Assembly: GCA_002421665.1 (NCBI GenBank) | Contig: DISH01000007.1 | Location: forward strand, 145,278 to 209,277 | From: Candidatus Omnitrophica bacterium UBA6215 | GTDB taxonomy: Bacteria > Omnitrophota > Gorgyraeia > Pluralincolimonadales > Pluralincolimonadaceae | Direction of reading: 5' to 3' | DNA: 64,000 bases | In this document: positions 18,771-28,762 of the stretch, one piece after another | Position numbering within the stretch: position 1 is the stretch's first letter | How the letters are laid out: every line of letters starts with the position of its first letter | Notes under the pieces: generated by a model | What the model saw: only the letters and a program-made list of their open reading frames with translations | Databases searched by the model: none | What the model was told of the DNA's origin: nothing | Made by a program: the position numbers and the translations under genes

Positions 18771-19799
18771 TTACTCCTGGGGCGCAATGATGACTTTGAT
18801 GGAATCCCCGGCGGAAGCGACAAGCCCAAAACCTTCCTGAGCTTTAGCGAGGCCGAACCTGTGGGTCACCATCTCCTTGACCTTAACATCACCCCTCTCG
18901 ATAAGCCCCATGGCCTTAAGGTGTTCCTCGGGAGTTGCCGCATAGGATGAGACCAGCGTTATCTCATTGCGCCAAAAGACATCGTTTATGGATCTAGGCA
19001 TATTAAGGTCTTTTTCCGCCGCGGCGAAAAAGAGAACCGTCCCCCCGCGTTCTACCGAATCGAGGGCCTGCAAAACGGCCTGCCCCGCGCCGGCACACAC
19101 AATGACCACGTCAGCCAGCGACCCTGAGGCCTCCTTGAGTTCTGCCGGGCAATACTTCCTTCCGTCAAATACCTTATCGGCGCCGAACTTTTTTGCGGTC
19201 TCGATCCTATAGCCTGAAATGTCGGTTGCCGCTATAAAACCCGCGCCGGAAGCACGCGCATATTTAATATGGAGCAGGCCCGATATCCCGCTTCCTATAA
19301 CGAGGATATTGTCGCCTTTCCTTACTCCGGCAAGCCGTTGGCCCCTGATGACGCAGGCCAGGGGTTCGACGAACGTAGCTTCCTCGAAAGATACCTTGTC
19401 GGGTATCGGATAGACGCCTTTGCGTTTTATGTTGACGGCAGGCACACGGATGAATTCCGAAAAACCTCCGGGGAAGAAATTTGTCTTGCGCAGGGTCTCG
19501 CATACGGTCTCGTGGCCCCTGCGGCAATAACGGCATTCCCCGCAGGGTACATGATGGGATACCGCAACGCGGTCGCCGGCCTTAAAACTTCCTGCTTCGG
19601 CGCCTGCCTTCTCAACGGTCCCGGCTATCTCATGGCCCAGGACAAGAGGGACCCTGTCTTTACGGTACCACTCCATGACGTCGCTGCCGCAGATGCCGCT
19701 GGCAATTACCCGGACAAGTATCTCATCCTGTGCTATGTCAGGGACGGGCATCTCCTGCAAACGGACATCATTGTTCGCGTAATACATCGCTACGCGCAT
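18771..19799 (-). CDS. zinc-dependent alcohol/polyol dehydrogenase (MDR family)
   Basis: 342 aa; GICGSDV, GHEIAGTVEKAG, GxGxxG Rossmann (VIGSGISG), structural-zinc Cys cluster. Confidence 0.85.
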   Translation of the reverse strand: MRVAMYYANNDVRLQEMPVPDIAQDEILVRVIASGICGSDVMEWYRKDRVPLVLGHEIAGTVEKAGAEAGSFKAGDRVAVSHHVPCGECRYCRRGHETVCETLRKTNFFPGGFSEFIRVPAVNIKRKGVYPIPDKVSFEEATFVEPLACVIRGQRLAGVRKGDNILVIGSGISGLLHIKYARASGAGFIAATDISGYRIETAKKFGADKVFDGRKYCPAELKEASGSLADVVIVCAGAGQAVLQALDSVERGGTVLFFAAAEKDLNMPRSINDVFWRNEITLVSSYAATPEEHLKAMGLIERGDVKVKEMVTHRFGLAKAQEGFGLVASAGDSIKVIIAPQE

Positions 19800-19813
19800 C
19801 GCGCGGCGCTCTC

Positions 19814-20062
19814 CTAGTGTTTGTGTTTGCAGCCGGACGGACAGCTTGAGGAAGCCTTATCGCAGGGTTTTGGCTGGGATTTCTTCTTGTAATCAGTTTC
19901 GTAGAAACCCGAGCCCTTGAATATTATACCCGATCCCCCTCCTATAAGCCTTTTTACGGGACCCTTGCATTTCGGGCATTTGGATATCGGTTTATCCGTC
20001 ATCGACTGGAATATCTCGAAGATGTGCTTGCATTTCTGGCACTCGTAATCGTAATGCGGCAT
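19814..20062 (-). CDS. FmdB family zinc-ribbon protein
   Basis: 82 aa; YECQKCKH...CPKCKG CxxC...CxxC pattern typical of FmdB regulatory zinc ribbon. Confidence 0.75.
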   Translation of the reverse strand: MPHYDYECQKCKHIFEIFQSMTDKPISKCPKCKGPVKRLIGGGSGIIFKGSGFYETDYKKKSQPKPCDKASSSCPSGCKHKH

Positions 20063-20071
20063 CGTTTTCCC

Positions 20072-21130
20072 TTACCTTCCCAGCGGCAGGAACCTGCCGT
20101 ACAGATAACCTTCCGTGAAACCTATTATATTCTCCATCATCTTTACCGTCTCTACGGGATGCCGGCCTACCGCGGTCTCTCCGGAAAGCATAACGTAATT
20201 TGCGCCGTCCATGATGGCGTTGGCCACATCCGTCACCTCCGCCCTTGTCGGACGAAGGTTCTCGGTCATGCTTTCGAGCATCTGTGTGGCGGTTATGACA
20301 AATTTACCGTCGCGGTTGCACCTTTTTATGATGACTTTCTGTATTATAGGTATCTGGTATATGGGCATCGATACTCCCATGTCGCCCCTGGCTATCATTA
20401 TCCCGTCGGAAACTTCTATGATGTCGTCTATGTTCTTTATGCCGTCGCGGTTCTCGATCTTGGCGATTATCTTGCATTCGGGAAGGCGGGGTTTGACGAG
20501 CTTGACGATCTTCAGGACATCCTCGCGGTTCCTGACGAAAGACTGGGCGATGAAATCGACCTTATGCTCTATGCCGAACTCTATGCTCTTGCGGTCCTTG
20601 GCGGTAATGCCGGAGAACTTGAGCCGGGCGCCGGGCATATTGACGCCCTTCTTCTCCTTGATAAGGCCGCCTTCCCAGACGGAGGTCTCGACGCGGTCCC
20701 TGCATATCCTCTTGACCCGCAGCGCTATGTTTCCGTCGTCTATATATATGAACTCGGCGCCCCTTATATCGCAAAGGGAACCCTTATAATCGAACGGTAT
20801 CAACTTATCGCAGCCGACCGTATCGGCGTTGGTCAATATCACCTTCTGCCTCTTCCTGACCTCTACAGGCTTGCCGTCCTTGAGCCGGCCTATCCTTATC
20901 CTGTAACCTTCCAGGTCCTGGAGTATCTTTATCGGCCTGGCCGCGGTCTTGTTTATCTTCCTTATAAGCTTTATCTTCGCTTCCTGGTCCTTATATGACG
21001 AATGCGAAAAATTAAGGCGAGCCACATCCATACCGGCTTCGCCCAGCTTCCTTATAACAGGCTCGGTCGCCGTCGCCGGGCCCAAAGTGCATATGACCTG
21101 CGTCTTGTTGCCTGTCCTCTTCATCTTCAT
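20072..21130 (-). CDS. pyk: pyruvate kinase, barrel (catalytic) domain only; lacks canonical C-terminal domain
   Basis: Start moved to internal MKMKRTGNKTQVICTLGP (ATGA overlap with upstream radical SAM stop); 353 aa ends right after MLSGETA..G.HPVE motif. Confidence 0.7.
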   Translation of the reverse strand: MKMKRTGNKTQVICTLGPATATEPVIRKLGEAGMDVARLNFSHSSYKDQEAKIKLIRKINKTAARPIKILQDLEGYRIRIGRLKDGKPVEVRKRQKVILTNADTVGCDKLIPFDYKGSLCDIRGAEFIYIDDGNIALRVKRICRDRVETSVWEGGLIKEKKGVNMPGARLKFSGITAKDRKSIEFGIEHKVDFIAQSFVRNREDVLKIVKLVKPRLPECKIIAKIENRDGIKNIDDIIEVSDGIMIARGDMGVSMPIYQIPIIQKVIIKRCNRDGKFVITATQMLESMTENLRPTRAEVTDVANAIMDGANYVMLSGETAVGRHPVETVKMMENIIGFTEGYLYGRFLPLGR

Positions 21131-22122
21131 AACCAGCACAGCCTGTCCTCCGCCAAGTAGTCCCTGTCGACCGCGTAAGCCAGCGCCCTGCATCCCCTGC
21201 AAGCGGATATCTGGCAATTGCGGCATTTTCCTTTTAGTTTAGATTTATCCGCGACATCCCGCAGGATATCGCTCCTGAGGACCACATCCGCAAAATTCTC
21301 TTTGAGCAGGTTGCCAAGGACAAAGTCGAACCTGCGGCAGGGAAGCAGGTCGCCGTTAGGCAATATGGCAAACGCATCTTCGCCGAGATTGCAGCCTGCC
21401 GTGAGCAACTCCGCATTCTCTTCCTTGAATTTGACCCAAAAAGCCTTGCACGGGAGTATCTCGCTCTCCGACATGTCCGCTTCCATATATTCGCACACGT
21501 CCTTCACGACCCTTTTCCAGTCCTCTTTCCTTAAAACTTCCGACTTGAGCTCCTTGCTTTGACCAAGGGGAATGAACCTTTCCAGGATCAGGCCGTCGAC
21601 CCTCAGGTCCCTGCACAATTGGAAAAGCGCGGGCAATTCATACGAGTTCGAGCGCATCAGGGTCAACATTATAATTACTTCCAGGCGGGTCTTCTCCTGG
21701 ATGAGGTTTACCTTTTCAAGAACGGCCCTGAAAGCCCCGGGCTTGCGTATCATGTCGTTGGTCTTCTCGGTAGCGCCGTCCATCGATATCTTGACCGCCT
21801 TAAGCTTTTTTACCGCATCGAGTTTTGCGGCAACATCCTCATCGATAAGGCTCGCATTCGTTATTAACATCAATTCCCCGGCGCTGGGGTCCCTATCCAG
21901 GTAATTAAGAAGGTCGTAAACATCCTTCCTGATCAATGGTTCCCCGCCGGTTATGTTAAAATCCACCTTCCTGCCGGGCGATGAGGATACTATGTTCCGG
22001 TAGATCTTGAGCAGGTCCTGCAAAGACAGGTCCGAATCCTTTACATAGGAATGCTGGTAGCAATGCCTGCACCTGAAATTACAGGCATCCGTAATATGCC
22101 ACTGGAAATACAGATCCCCCAT
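21127..22122 (-). CDS. radical SAM protein with C-terminal SPASM domain
   Basis: 331 aa; CNFRCRHC radical SAM cluster; C-terminal CRRFDFVLGN...CRNCQISACRGC SPASM-type Cys cluster. Confidence 0.85.
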   Translation of the reverse strand: MGDLYFQWHITDACNFRCRHCYQHSYVKDSDLSLQDLLKIYRNIVSSSPGRKVDFNITGGEPLIRKDVYDLLNYLDRDPSAGELMLITNASLIDEDVAAKLDAVKKLKAVKISMDGATEKTNDMIRKPGAFRAVLEKVNLIQEKTRLEVIIMLTLMRSNSYELPALFQLCRDLRVDGLILERFIPLGQSKELKSEVLRKEDWKRVVKDVCEYMEADMSESEILPCKAFWVKFKEENAELLTAGCNLGEDAFAILPNGDLLPCRRFDFVLGNLLKENFADVVLRSDILRDVADKSKLKGKCRNCQISACRGCRALAYAVDRDYLAEDRLCWL

Positions 22123-22123
22123 A

Positions 22124-22540
22124 TCACTCCCCTATTATCTTGACCAGGACCCTTTTCTTCCTGCGGCCGTCAAATTCTCCGTAAAAAACCTGCTCCCATG
22201 GCCCGAAATCCAGCTTTCCTTTGGTTACCGCCATCACTACTTCACGGCCCATGATGGTCCTCTTAAGGTGCGCGTCGCCGTTGTCCTCGCCGGTCATATT
22301 ATGCCTGTACCTGTCTTTCCCGAAAGGCGCCAGGCGTTCCACCCACTCAAGGAAATCCTCATGAAGCCCCGGTTCATCGTCATTTATGAAGACGCTCGCC
22401 GTGATATGCATTGCGTTCACAAGACACAGGCCTTCCCTTATTCCGCTTTTTTCCACGGCCTTTTCTACCTGCGGGGTCATGTTAACGATATCGTAACGTT
22501 TCTGCGTCTCGAATACGAGGTATTCCGTGTAGGACTTCAT
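22124..22540 (-). CDS. yjbQ: YjbQ family (UPF0047) secondary thiamine-phosphate synthase-like enzyme
   Basis: 138 aa; [10 protein letters not shown]...HLKRTIMG signature. Confidence 0.75.
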   Translation of the reverse strand: MKSYTEYLVFETQKRYDIVNMTPQVEKAVEKSGIREGLCLVNAMHITASVFINDDEPGLHEDFLEWVERLAPFGKDRYRHNMTGEDNGDAHLKRTIMGREVVMAVTKGKLDFGPWEQVFYGEFDGRRKKRVLVKIIGE

Positions 22541-22580
22541 GGACCAATTATATCAGGAATTGCCCCCGCTGACAAGAAAG

Positions 22581-23267
22581 CTACTTTGCGTATTTCTGCA
22601 GGTCCTTTATAAGGGCCTCTCCGGCAGCAGTAGGCTTGACCTTGTCCGTCTTCAGTATCTCCTTGGCCGTTACATCCTGCTTGTATAACGCCTTGTTGCC
22701 TTCTTTGTTCTGGGATATACCGGTCCCTTCAAGCTTCAGGCCGGCAAAGGCCCCGCGGGACCTTGAATACGAAAATATGCCGCCCTTGAGCTGAAGATCC
22801 GTCGATGCCTGGGCATCCCTCCCGACAGGCCCGGCAGCCACCGAAGCATCAGCCCCGAGGGTCAACTTGCTCGCCAGTAAACCGTCAACGCCGCGGTCGT
22901 TCATTATAACGAGTATAAGGTCCGTCGCCTGGCCGCCTATCTGCCAACCAAAGCTTCCTCCGCCGATATTAAATACCGCGGGAGCGCTCCAATTGCCTTT
23001 ATCATCCTTATAGAGCACCACGCCCTGCCCGTACTTAGCCCCGATTATAAAGCCGCCCCCGACCGTGCTGGGAAATATCGCTATCGCCTTGCATTTCCTG
23101 AACATATCGCTCGGGATCGCCGTATCGGGCATTGAATTGACTTCTGCAAGGACCTTTCCGGATTCGGTTATCAGGTCTTCCCATTTGTCGGCATAAGCCT
23201 TGGGACCTGCCGCCGACATGGCCAACATAAACACGCTAAGCACGATAAAAGCAAATACCTTCTTCAT
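22581..23267 (-). CDS. secreted SYLF/Ysc84 (DUF500) lipid-binding domain protein
   Basis: 228 aa; signal peptide; Gly-rich GGGFIIGAKYGQG...GGGSFGWQIGGQ repeats typical of SYLF. Confidence 0.6.
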   Translation of the reverse strand: MKKVFAFIVLSVFMLAMSAAGPKAYADKWEDLITESGKVLAEVNSMPDTAIPSDMFRKCKAIAIFPSTVGGGFIIGAKYGQGVVLYKDDKGNWSAPAVFNIGGGSFGWQIGGQATDLILVIMNDRGVDGLLASKLTLGADASVAAGPVGRDAQASTDLQLKGGIFSYSRSRGAFAGLKLEGTGISQNKEGNKALYKQDVTAKEILKTDKVKPTAAGEALIKDLQKYAK

Positions 23268-23287
23268 CTTGCGCCTCCTTTTGCTTG

Positions 23288-23947
23288 TTATTTGTTATTC
23301 TCGAGGAACTTCTCCATGTCATCCGGCATAGGAGACTCGAATGACATCCTCTGCCCGGTGGCCGGATGGTTGAACTCTATCCTGCGCGAATGGAGCGCGG
23401 CCCTCCTGAACCGCAGCTTATAGTCCCTGGCAAATGCGAATTTCCTTTCGCCCACCAAGGGGTGGCCTATGGACTTAAAATGTATCCTGATCTGGTTCGT
23501 GCGCCCGGTAACGGGCTCGACTTCAATCACCGCAAAATCCCTGCGCTGTTCCAGGAGCCTGTAGCGTGTCAGCGCCTTCTTCCCCTCTATAGAGGAACTT
23601 ATCTCCGTCCGCCTGCCGTCAAGCCGCCCGTTGACAAAAGCGGTATAGGATTTCTTGACGCGGCGCTGCTTAAACTCCTCCATCATCGCCTGCTGGGTCT
23701 TCTTGCCTTTCGCATATATTATCAATCCGGAAGTCTGCCTGTCAATCCTGTGGCAGGGCTGCACAGCCGGCGAAACCGGTGGAGCGCCCTGAGCGCTTCC
23801 GGCACGAAGGGATGGGTCATGATTCAGCAGATACGTCAGCGTACGTCCGTTATCGCCCGGCGCGGGTATGACAAGCATCCCTGCGGGCTTGTCGACAACC
23901 ATTATATTATCGTCTTCGTAGATGATCCTTACCTCGCTCATCGCCAA
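23288..23947 (-). CDS. rluA: RluA family pseudouridine synthase
   Basis: 219 aa; HRIDRQTSGLIIYAK catalytic Asp motif. Confidence 0.85.
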   Translation of the reverse strand: MAMSEVRIIYEDDNIMVVDKPAGMLVIPAPGDNGRTLTYLLNHDPSLRAGSAQGAPPVSPAVQPCHRIDRQTSGLIIYAKGKKTQQAMMEEFKQRRVKKSYTAFVNGRLDGRRTEISSSIEGKKALTRYRLLEQRRDFAVIEVEPVTGRTNQIRIHFKSIGHPLVGERKFAFARDYKLRFRRAALHSRRIEFNHPATGQRMSFESPMPDDMEKFLENNK

Positions 23948-23972
23948 TGATTATACCCCCCAAAGAGACGAA

Positions 23973-24001
23973 TTGACAACGTAAAACTAATGTGATAGTT
24001 T
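23973..24001 (+). promoter_or_regulatory. putative promoter TTGACA-N17-TAGTTT for the lone plus-strand gene
   Basis: Seen directly in 63-bp divergent intergenic region; very short leader to ATG at 24011. Confidence 0.25.
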
Positions 24002-24010
24002 ATTCTGGAT

Positions 24011-25243
24011 ATGGAAATCAACACTACACGGACGATAAACGAACTCGTCTCCGCCATTGCCTATGTGCTTGACGTTATGAGCGAAGGCACCAACCTCTAT
24101 CACTCCTGGCGAGTAGGCATATTTTCATCGGAATTCGCCAAGGTCATACTGCCGGAAGAAAGAAAGAACGTCTTCTATGCCTCCCTCCTCCATGACATCG
24201 GGTACCTGGCGCTTCCCGAGCACATAACGCACTACCTTTTCACCCACGAAGACCCGGTAAAGAACCCTATCATACTTTCTCATACGATAATAGGCGCAGA
24301 GCTGACAAGCCAGATACCCAACCTTTCGACGATAGCAAAGCTCATCCTGAACCACCATGAATGGTATAACGGCAGGGGGTATCCACTAGGCAGGCAGCGT
24401 AACGAAATCCCCATGGGCGCGCAAATAATACTGCTCGGGGACCAGTTGGATCTCTTTCTGAGGGATGAATCTGTCCACGGCATAAAAGAGGTCGAGAAAG
24501 AGATGTCGGCCTGGGCGAATGAACGGGCCTCCGCGGAACTCGTGAATACGGCGCTCGATATATTAAAGAACGGCGACATCCTTAACGAGGTAATAGACAA
24601 GGACAGGGTCGCCGACGTCTTCAAGAAGGTGCGTACTGAAACAGGCCAGATAGATATACCGGCAAGTGTTGACGCCGTAGGCATAGCGTGCGAGGTCTTC
24701 TCCCAACTCATCGACACGAAACACCCTTCCATGATAGGCCATTCAAAAAGGGTTTCCGTGTACGCCATGCTCATAGCGCTGGCCATGAACCTCTCCCACG
24801 ACGATATCACCAAGACCAAGTGGGCTGCGCTGCTGCATGACGTCGGGAAGCTTGGGATCGCCAGGAGCCTGATAAATAAACCCGGAAAACTCACTCCCGA
24901 AGAATTCGAGACCATAAAACTGCACGCCGTCTATACGCGCGAGTTATTGGAGACTATAACTGATTTCAAGGATGTTTCGCTGATCGCCAGTTCGGACCAC
25001 GAGAGGTTCGACGGCAAGGGATATCCCCTCGGCCTCAAAGGCGACCAGATACCGATAGGCACGAAGATAATATCGATAGCCGATGCTTTCGATGCCATGA
25101 CGTCTACCAGGACTTACAGAAAGGCGCTGTCGAAAGAAGTAGCGTGCGAAGAGATAGAGAAATGCTCCGGGACACAGTTCGATCCCGCAGTAGTAAAAGA
25201 AGCTGTCCCCGTCCTCAGGAACCTTTCAGTATCGCTGATGTAG
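24011..25243 (+). CDS. tandem HD-GYP domain protein (two HD-GYP phosphodiesterase-like domains)
   Basis: 410 aa; LLHDIGY...HHEWYNGRGYPLG and LLHDVGKLG...HERFDGKGYPLG; only plus-strand gene in window. Confidence 0.8.
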   Translation: MEINTTRTINELVSAIAYVLDVMSEGTNLYHSWRVGIFSSEFAKVILPEERKNVFYASLLHDIGYLALPEHITHYLFTHEDPVKNPIILSHTIIGAELTSQIPNLSTIAKLILNHHEWYNGRGYPLGRQRNEIPMGAQIILLGDQLDLFLRDESVHGIKEVEKEMSAWANERASAELVNTALDILKNGDILNEVIDKDRVADVFKKVRTETGQIDIPASVDAVGIACEVFSQLIDTKHPSMIGHSKRVSVYAMLIALAMNLSHDDITKTKWAALLHDVGKLGIARSLINKPGKLTPEEFETIKLHAVYTRELLETITDFKDVSLIASSDHERFDGKGYPLGLKGDQIPIGTKIISIADAFDAMTSTRTYRKALSKEVACEEIEKCSGTQFDPAVVKEAVPVLRNLSVSLM

Positions 25244-25246
25244 CCT

Positions 25247-25825
25247 TTAGGCAAAAAGGTCCACGCCGACTTTCTTCAGCATATTAGCGAGTTTAGCCAG
25301 CGGAAGCCCTATTACGTTATTGAAACAACCTTCTATCCTGTTTATGAATATACTTCCGAGGCCCTGGATATCGAAACTGCCGGCCTTGTCGAGGGGGGAT
25401 ACTTTCCTGAAATAATTCCTGATCTGCCTGTCGCTCAGGGCATACATGTATATGCGGGTCTTTTCATAATCGGTGATCACCTTTTTCCTGTCGATATCGA
25501 TGACCGCCATCCCGGTATAGACCCACTGCGGCCTCTTGGAGATAAGCTTCAGCATCCTGAAAGCGTGGTCAATATCCCTCGGCTTGCCGATGACCTTCTT
25601 ACCGGAAAGCACGACGGTATCCGCCGCTATCACTACCCCGGAACGGTACCTGCCTGCTACATCTTCGGCTTTTCTGAGCGCGTTGGACATCACAAGAGCC
25701 GCACAGCTGCCCTTCAGGCGCATATCCTCTTTCGCCACGGAATTCGCAACAGTGAACTTCAGGCCTACCTGTTCCAGCAACCGCTGCCTTTGCCTGGACC
25801 GGGAAGCGAGAATTATCTTACGCAT
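25247..25825 (-). CDS. maf: Maf-like nucleoside triphosphate pyrophosphatase
   Basis: Start moved to internal MRKIILASRS; Maf family pattern (SxS/R...E...K...D). Confidence 0.8.
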   Translation of the reverse strand: MRKIILASRSRQRQRLLEQVGLKFTVANSVAKEDMRLKGSCAALVMSNALRKAEDVAGRYRSGVVIAADTVVLSGKKVIGKPRDIDHAFRMLKLISKRPQWVYTGMAVIDIDRKKVITDYEKTRIYMYALSDRQIRNYFRKVSPLDKAGSFDIQGLGSIFINRIEGCFNNVIGLPLAKLANMLKKVGVDLFA

Positions 25826-27086
25826 TCGTTCCCTCCCGGGCTGTCGCGCAACCCTCGCCTGCAAGATATCCCGTCGAAAAAGCCTGTTGCAGGTTGTAGC
25901 CCCCGCTGGGGGCCGAGACATCTATTATTTCGCCTGCAAAGAAAAGACCGGGCACTATCCTCGAACCCATGGTCCTGGGATCTATATCCTTTACCGGGAT
26001 GCCTCCGCAGGTCACCATCGCCTCTTCCAGCGCAAGCGCACCGGTTATCGTCAGGACAAAAGACTTCATTAGTTTCGCTATCGAGCGGCGCTCCTGGGCG
26101 GTAAGCTGGTTTATCCGTTTCGAGGCGTCCAGTTTTATAATACCTGAAAAGACAGGTACCATCTTCAGAGGGAGCATCTCCTTAAGCAGGGTCTTTATGT
26201 TTATGCTGCCGTGAGACTCTATGTCGCGAAGTATCCTGTTATTTATCTGCTCCTCGGTCAGCCCAGGTTTGATATCTATGGATATGTATACGGGTTTGCC
26301 TGAATCAAGCATCGAGACAACCTGAGCGCTCATGTCCAGGACAAGCGGCCCGGAGACCCCGAAATGGGTGAACAGAAGCTCGCCGACCTCCGATACGATC
26401 TTCTTCCCGCTGCATTCAAACGTAACTTTTACGTTCTTAAGGGTCAGGCCCTGCAAATCGGAAGCGATCTTTTCCCTGGTCTTGAGCGGCACCAGACCGG
26501 GCCTCAGGGGATTGAACTTATGCCCCAATAATTTCGCAAAATGGAACCCGTCGCCGGTCGAACCGGTAGCTTTATAGGAAGCACCTCCGGTAGCAAGCAC
26601 AACCTTCTCGGCGAGCACTTCAACCGCGTTATCGAGTGCAATGAGGAACATGCCTTCATCACGGCGTATGGACGTTACCCGCGCACCGAGCATTACCCGG
26701 ACACCGTTATCCTCGAGCGCTTTCTCCAGCGCCTTAACCACCGACATCGACCTGTCATCCGACGGGAAGACCCTGCCCTGCCTCTCGGTCTTTACTGAAA
26801 GGCCGTACTTGCCGAGGAAATCTATAAGGTCCGCGTTGAAAAACCTGTAGAACGCCGACCTTAGGAACTGTCCCTGCTTCCCGAACTTCTCCATGAAGCT
26901 GTCCATGCCGGCGGAATTGGTGATATTACAGCGCCCCTTGCCGGTGATAAGTATCTTACGCCCTACCGACTTGTTCCTCTCCAACAGTATTACGTCTTTC
27001 TTCATCTGGGCAGCGCGGACTGCCGCCATTATCCCCGAAGGGCCGCCTCCTATTACCGCGATCTGGCGGAATTCCCGATGGCTCAT
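25818..27086 (-). CDS. HI0933/BaiN family NAD(P)/FAD-dependent oxidoreductase
   Basis: Start moved to MSHREFRQIAVIGGGPSGIMAA (ATGA overlap with cstA stop); GxGxxG FAD motif; KGRCNITN. Confidence 0.8.
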   Translation of the reverse strand: MSHREFRQIAVIGGGPSGIMAAVRAAQMKKDVILLERNKSVGRKILITGKGRCNITNSAGMDSFMEKFGKQGQFLRSAFYRFFNADLIDFLGKYGLSVKTERQGRVFPSDDRSMSVVKALEKALEDNGVRVMLGARVTSIRRDEGMFLIALDNAVEVLAEKVVLATGGASYKATGSTGDGFHFAKLLGHKFNPLRPGLVPLKTREKIASDLQGLTLKNVKVTFECSGKKIVSEVGELLFTHFGVSGPLVLDMSAQVVSMLDSGKPVYISIDIKPGLTEEQINNRILRDIESHGSINIKTLLKEMLPLKMVPVFSGIIKLDASKRINQLTAQERRSIAKLMKSFVLTITGALALEEAMVTCGGIPVKDIDPRTMGSRIVPGLFFAGEIIDVSAPSGGYNLQQAFSTGYLAGEGCATAREGTNA

Positions 27087-28762
27087 TTGTCTTTCCTGCC
27101 TTTTATGAATATCAGGGTATCCTCTATTATCAGCATTAAAGACAGCAGGAAGAGTACAAGGCCCGTGATTACAAGCGGCTCCGGGAATATCCGGTTCTCG
27201 GCCACATGCCTGGCCAGCCAAGGTTTGAGCACCAGGCTGAGGGAAGTAAGCGCGACGAACGTCATGAATACGGCCGGGAGCAGCGTCACGATGTAATTCC
27301 TCTTCCTCCTGAACAGCCATACGCTTAGGCCCAGAAGCACCATGGCCGCCAATAGCTGGTTGCTGGAACCGAACACCGTCCAGAAAAGCGACCAGGCAGG
27401 TATCACGTTACCCTGCGCGTCGGTCAACTTGCTGGTAACAAAGAACGCGGGAAGAAGCAAAGTGGCAAAAGCTGATACGAACAGGCTCACTTTTCCTTTT
27501 ATATTGGTCAATTCCTGGAATATATAACGTCCGAGCCTCGTGGCGACATCGAGCGTATCGTATACGAAGGTCGCAAAGGCCAAGAGGGCAAAATTAAGCG
27601 CGAACTCCCTGTTTATCCCGAGACTGCTGAGAAAAGTAGCTATACCGTTGGCGTATATCTGGTCGGGGCTGCCCATCCCCTGCGCCTGGGTCTTGGTAAG
27701 GAGCAGTAAAGTCCCCAGCGCGGTAATGGCCACAAAACTCTCTAAAAGCATGCCCCCGTAACCTATCACCCTTGCTTCGGGTTCCCTTGATATCTGCTTT
27801 GATGTAGTACCTGAGGAAACGAGCGCGTGGAACCCGGAGCACGCGCCGCAGGCCACGGTGGTGAACAAAAGCGGGAACAGGGGCAGGCCGCCGGGATTGA
27901 CCCATCCCGTGAAAGCCGGATAGTTTATCACGTAATTTTGCGTGAAATGCCCTACTATAAGCCCTATAAAGCTGGCGCCCGCGGTCAACGTAAGGAAAAA
28001 GCCCCCGAGGTAACCCCTTGGCTGCAGCAGAAGCCATACGGGTATTATTGCCGCGACAAAACAATAACCGAGAAGTATAAGGTCCCACGTGGTGCGGATA
28101 TCAAGCCCGAACAGGGGTTTCATTGCCAGCGGGAATTTTGGCCCGATCCATATGCAGACAAGGACCAGCGGCATGAATATGAACGTCGACAATGATAGCG
28201 GGGGGTTAAAAACCCTGAGGATAATCCCCATGATAAGCGCAAGCGCGAGATACATCATTGAAGATGAGGCCACCCCCGCCCCATGGACGGGATCGGCAAA
28301 AGTCCCGGCGGTTATATCGGTGAAGGCGGTAATTATATATATTATGGATATCCAAAGAAAGACCAGGAATATCATGAACGCTCTTTTGCTCTTATATTCT
28401 TTTATTACTTCCGCTATGGAGCGGCCGTTATGGCGGATGGAAGCTACCAGGGTGAACATATCATGCACACCGCCTATGAATATCCCTCCCAGTATTATCC
28501 ATAAGACCGTCGGCACCCATCCGAACCACAGTCCGGCGAGTATGGGGCCGACTATAGGACCGGCAGCCGCAATGGCGGAAAAATGCTGACCAAGTAGGTA
28601 GAATTTATTGGTAGGCACGAAATCTACATCGTCCCGTTGCGCATAGGCGGGTGTCTTGAAATCCGGATGCAGCTGCAGCAGGCGGCTCAGGAACTTTCCG
28701 TATATTAAATATCCCGCAAGAAGAAGTACAGCCGAAGCTACGACAAGTATGATAAGGCTCAT
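27083..28762 (-). CDS. cstA: carbon starvation protein A (peptide/pyruvate transporter)
   Basis: Start at internal ATG (MSLIILVV; listed ORF begins at an upstream GTG); polytopic; FVPTNKFYLLGQHFSAIAAAGPIVGPILA CstA signature. Confidence 0.9.
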   Translation of the reverse strand: MSLIILVVASAVLLLAGYLIYGKFLSRLLQLHPDFKTPAYAQRDDVDFVPTNKFYLLGQHFSAIAAAGPIVGPILAGLWFGWVPTVLWIILGGIFIGGVHDMFTLVASIRHNGRSIAEVIKEYKSKRAFMIFLVFLWISIIYIITAFTDITAGTFADPVHGAGVASSSMMYLALALIMGIILRVFNPPLSLSTFIFMPLVLVCIWIGPKFPLAMKPLFGLDIRTTWDLILLGYCFVAAIIPVWLLLQPRGYLGGFFLTLTAGASFIGLIVGHFTQNYVINYPAFTGWVNPGGLPLFPLLFTTVACGACSGFHALVSSGTTSKQISREPEARVIGYGGMLLESFVAITALGTLLLLTKTQAQGMGSPDQIYANGIATFLSSLGINREFALNFALLAFATFVYDTLDVATRLGRYIFQELTNIKGKVSLFVSAFATLLLPAFFVTSKLTDAQGNVIPAWSLFWTVFGSSNQLLAAMVLLGLSVWLFRRKRNYIVTLLPAVFMTFVALTSLSLVLKPWLARHVAENRIFPEPLVITGLVLFLLSLMLIIEDTLIFIKGRKDK

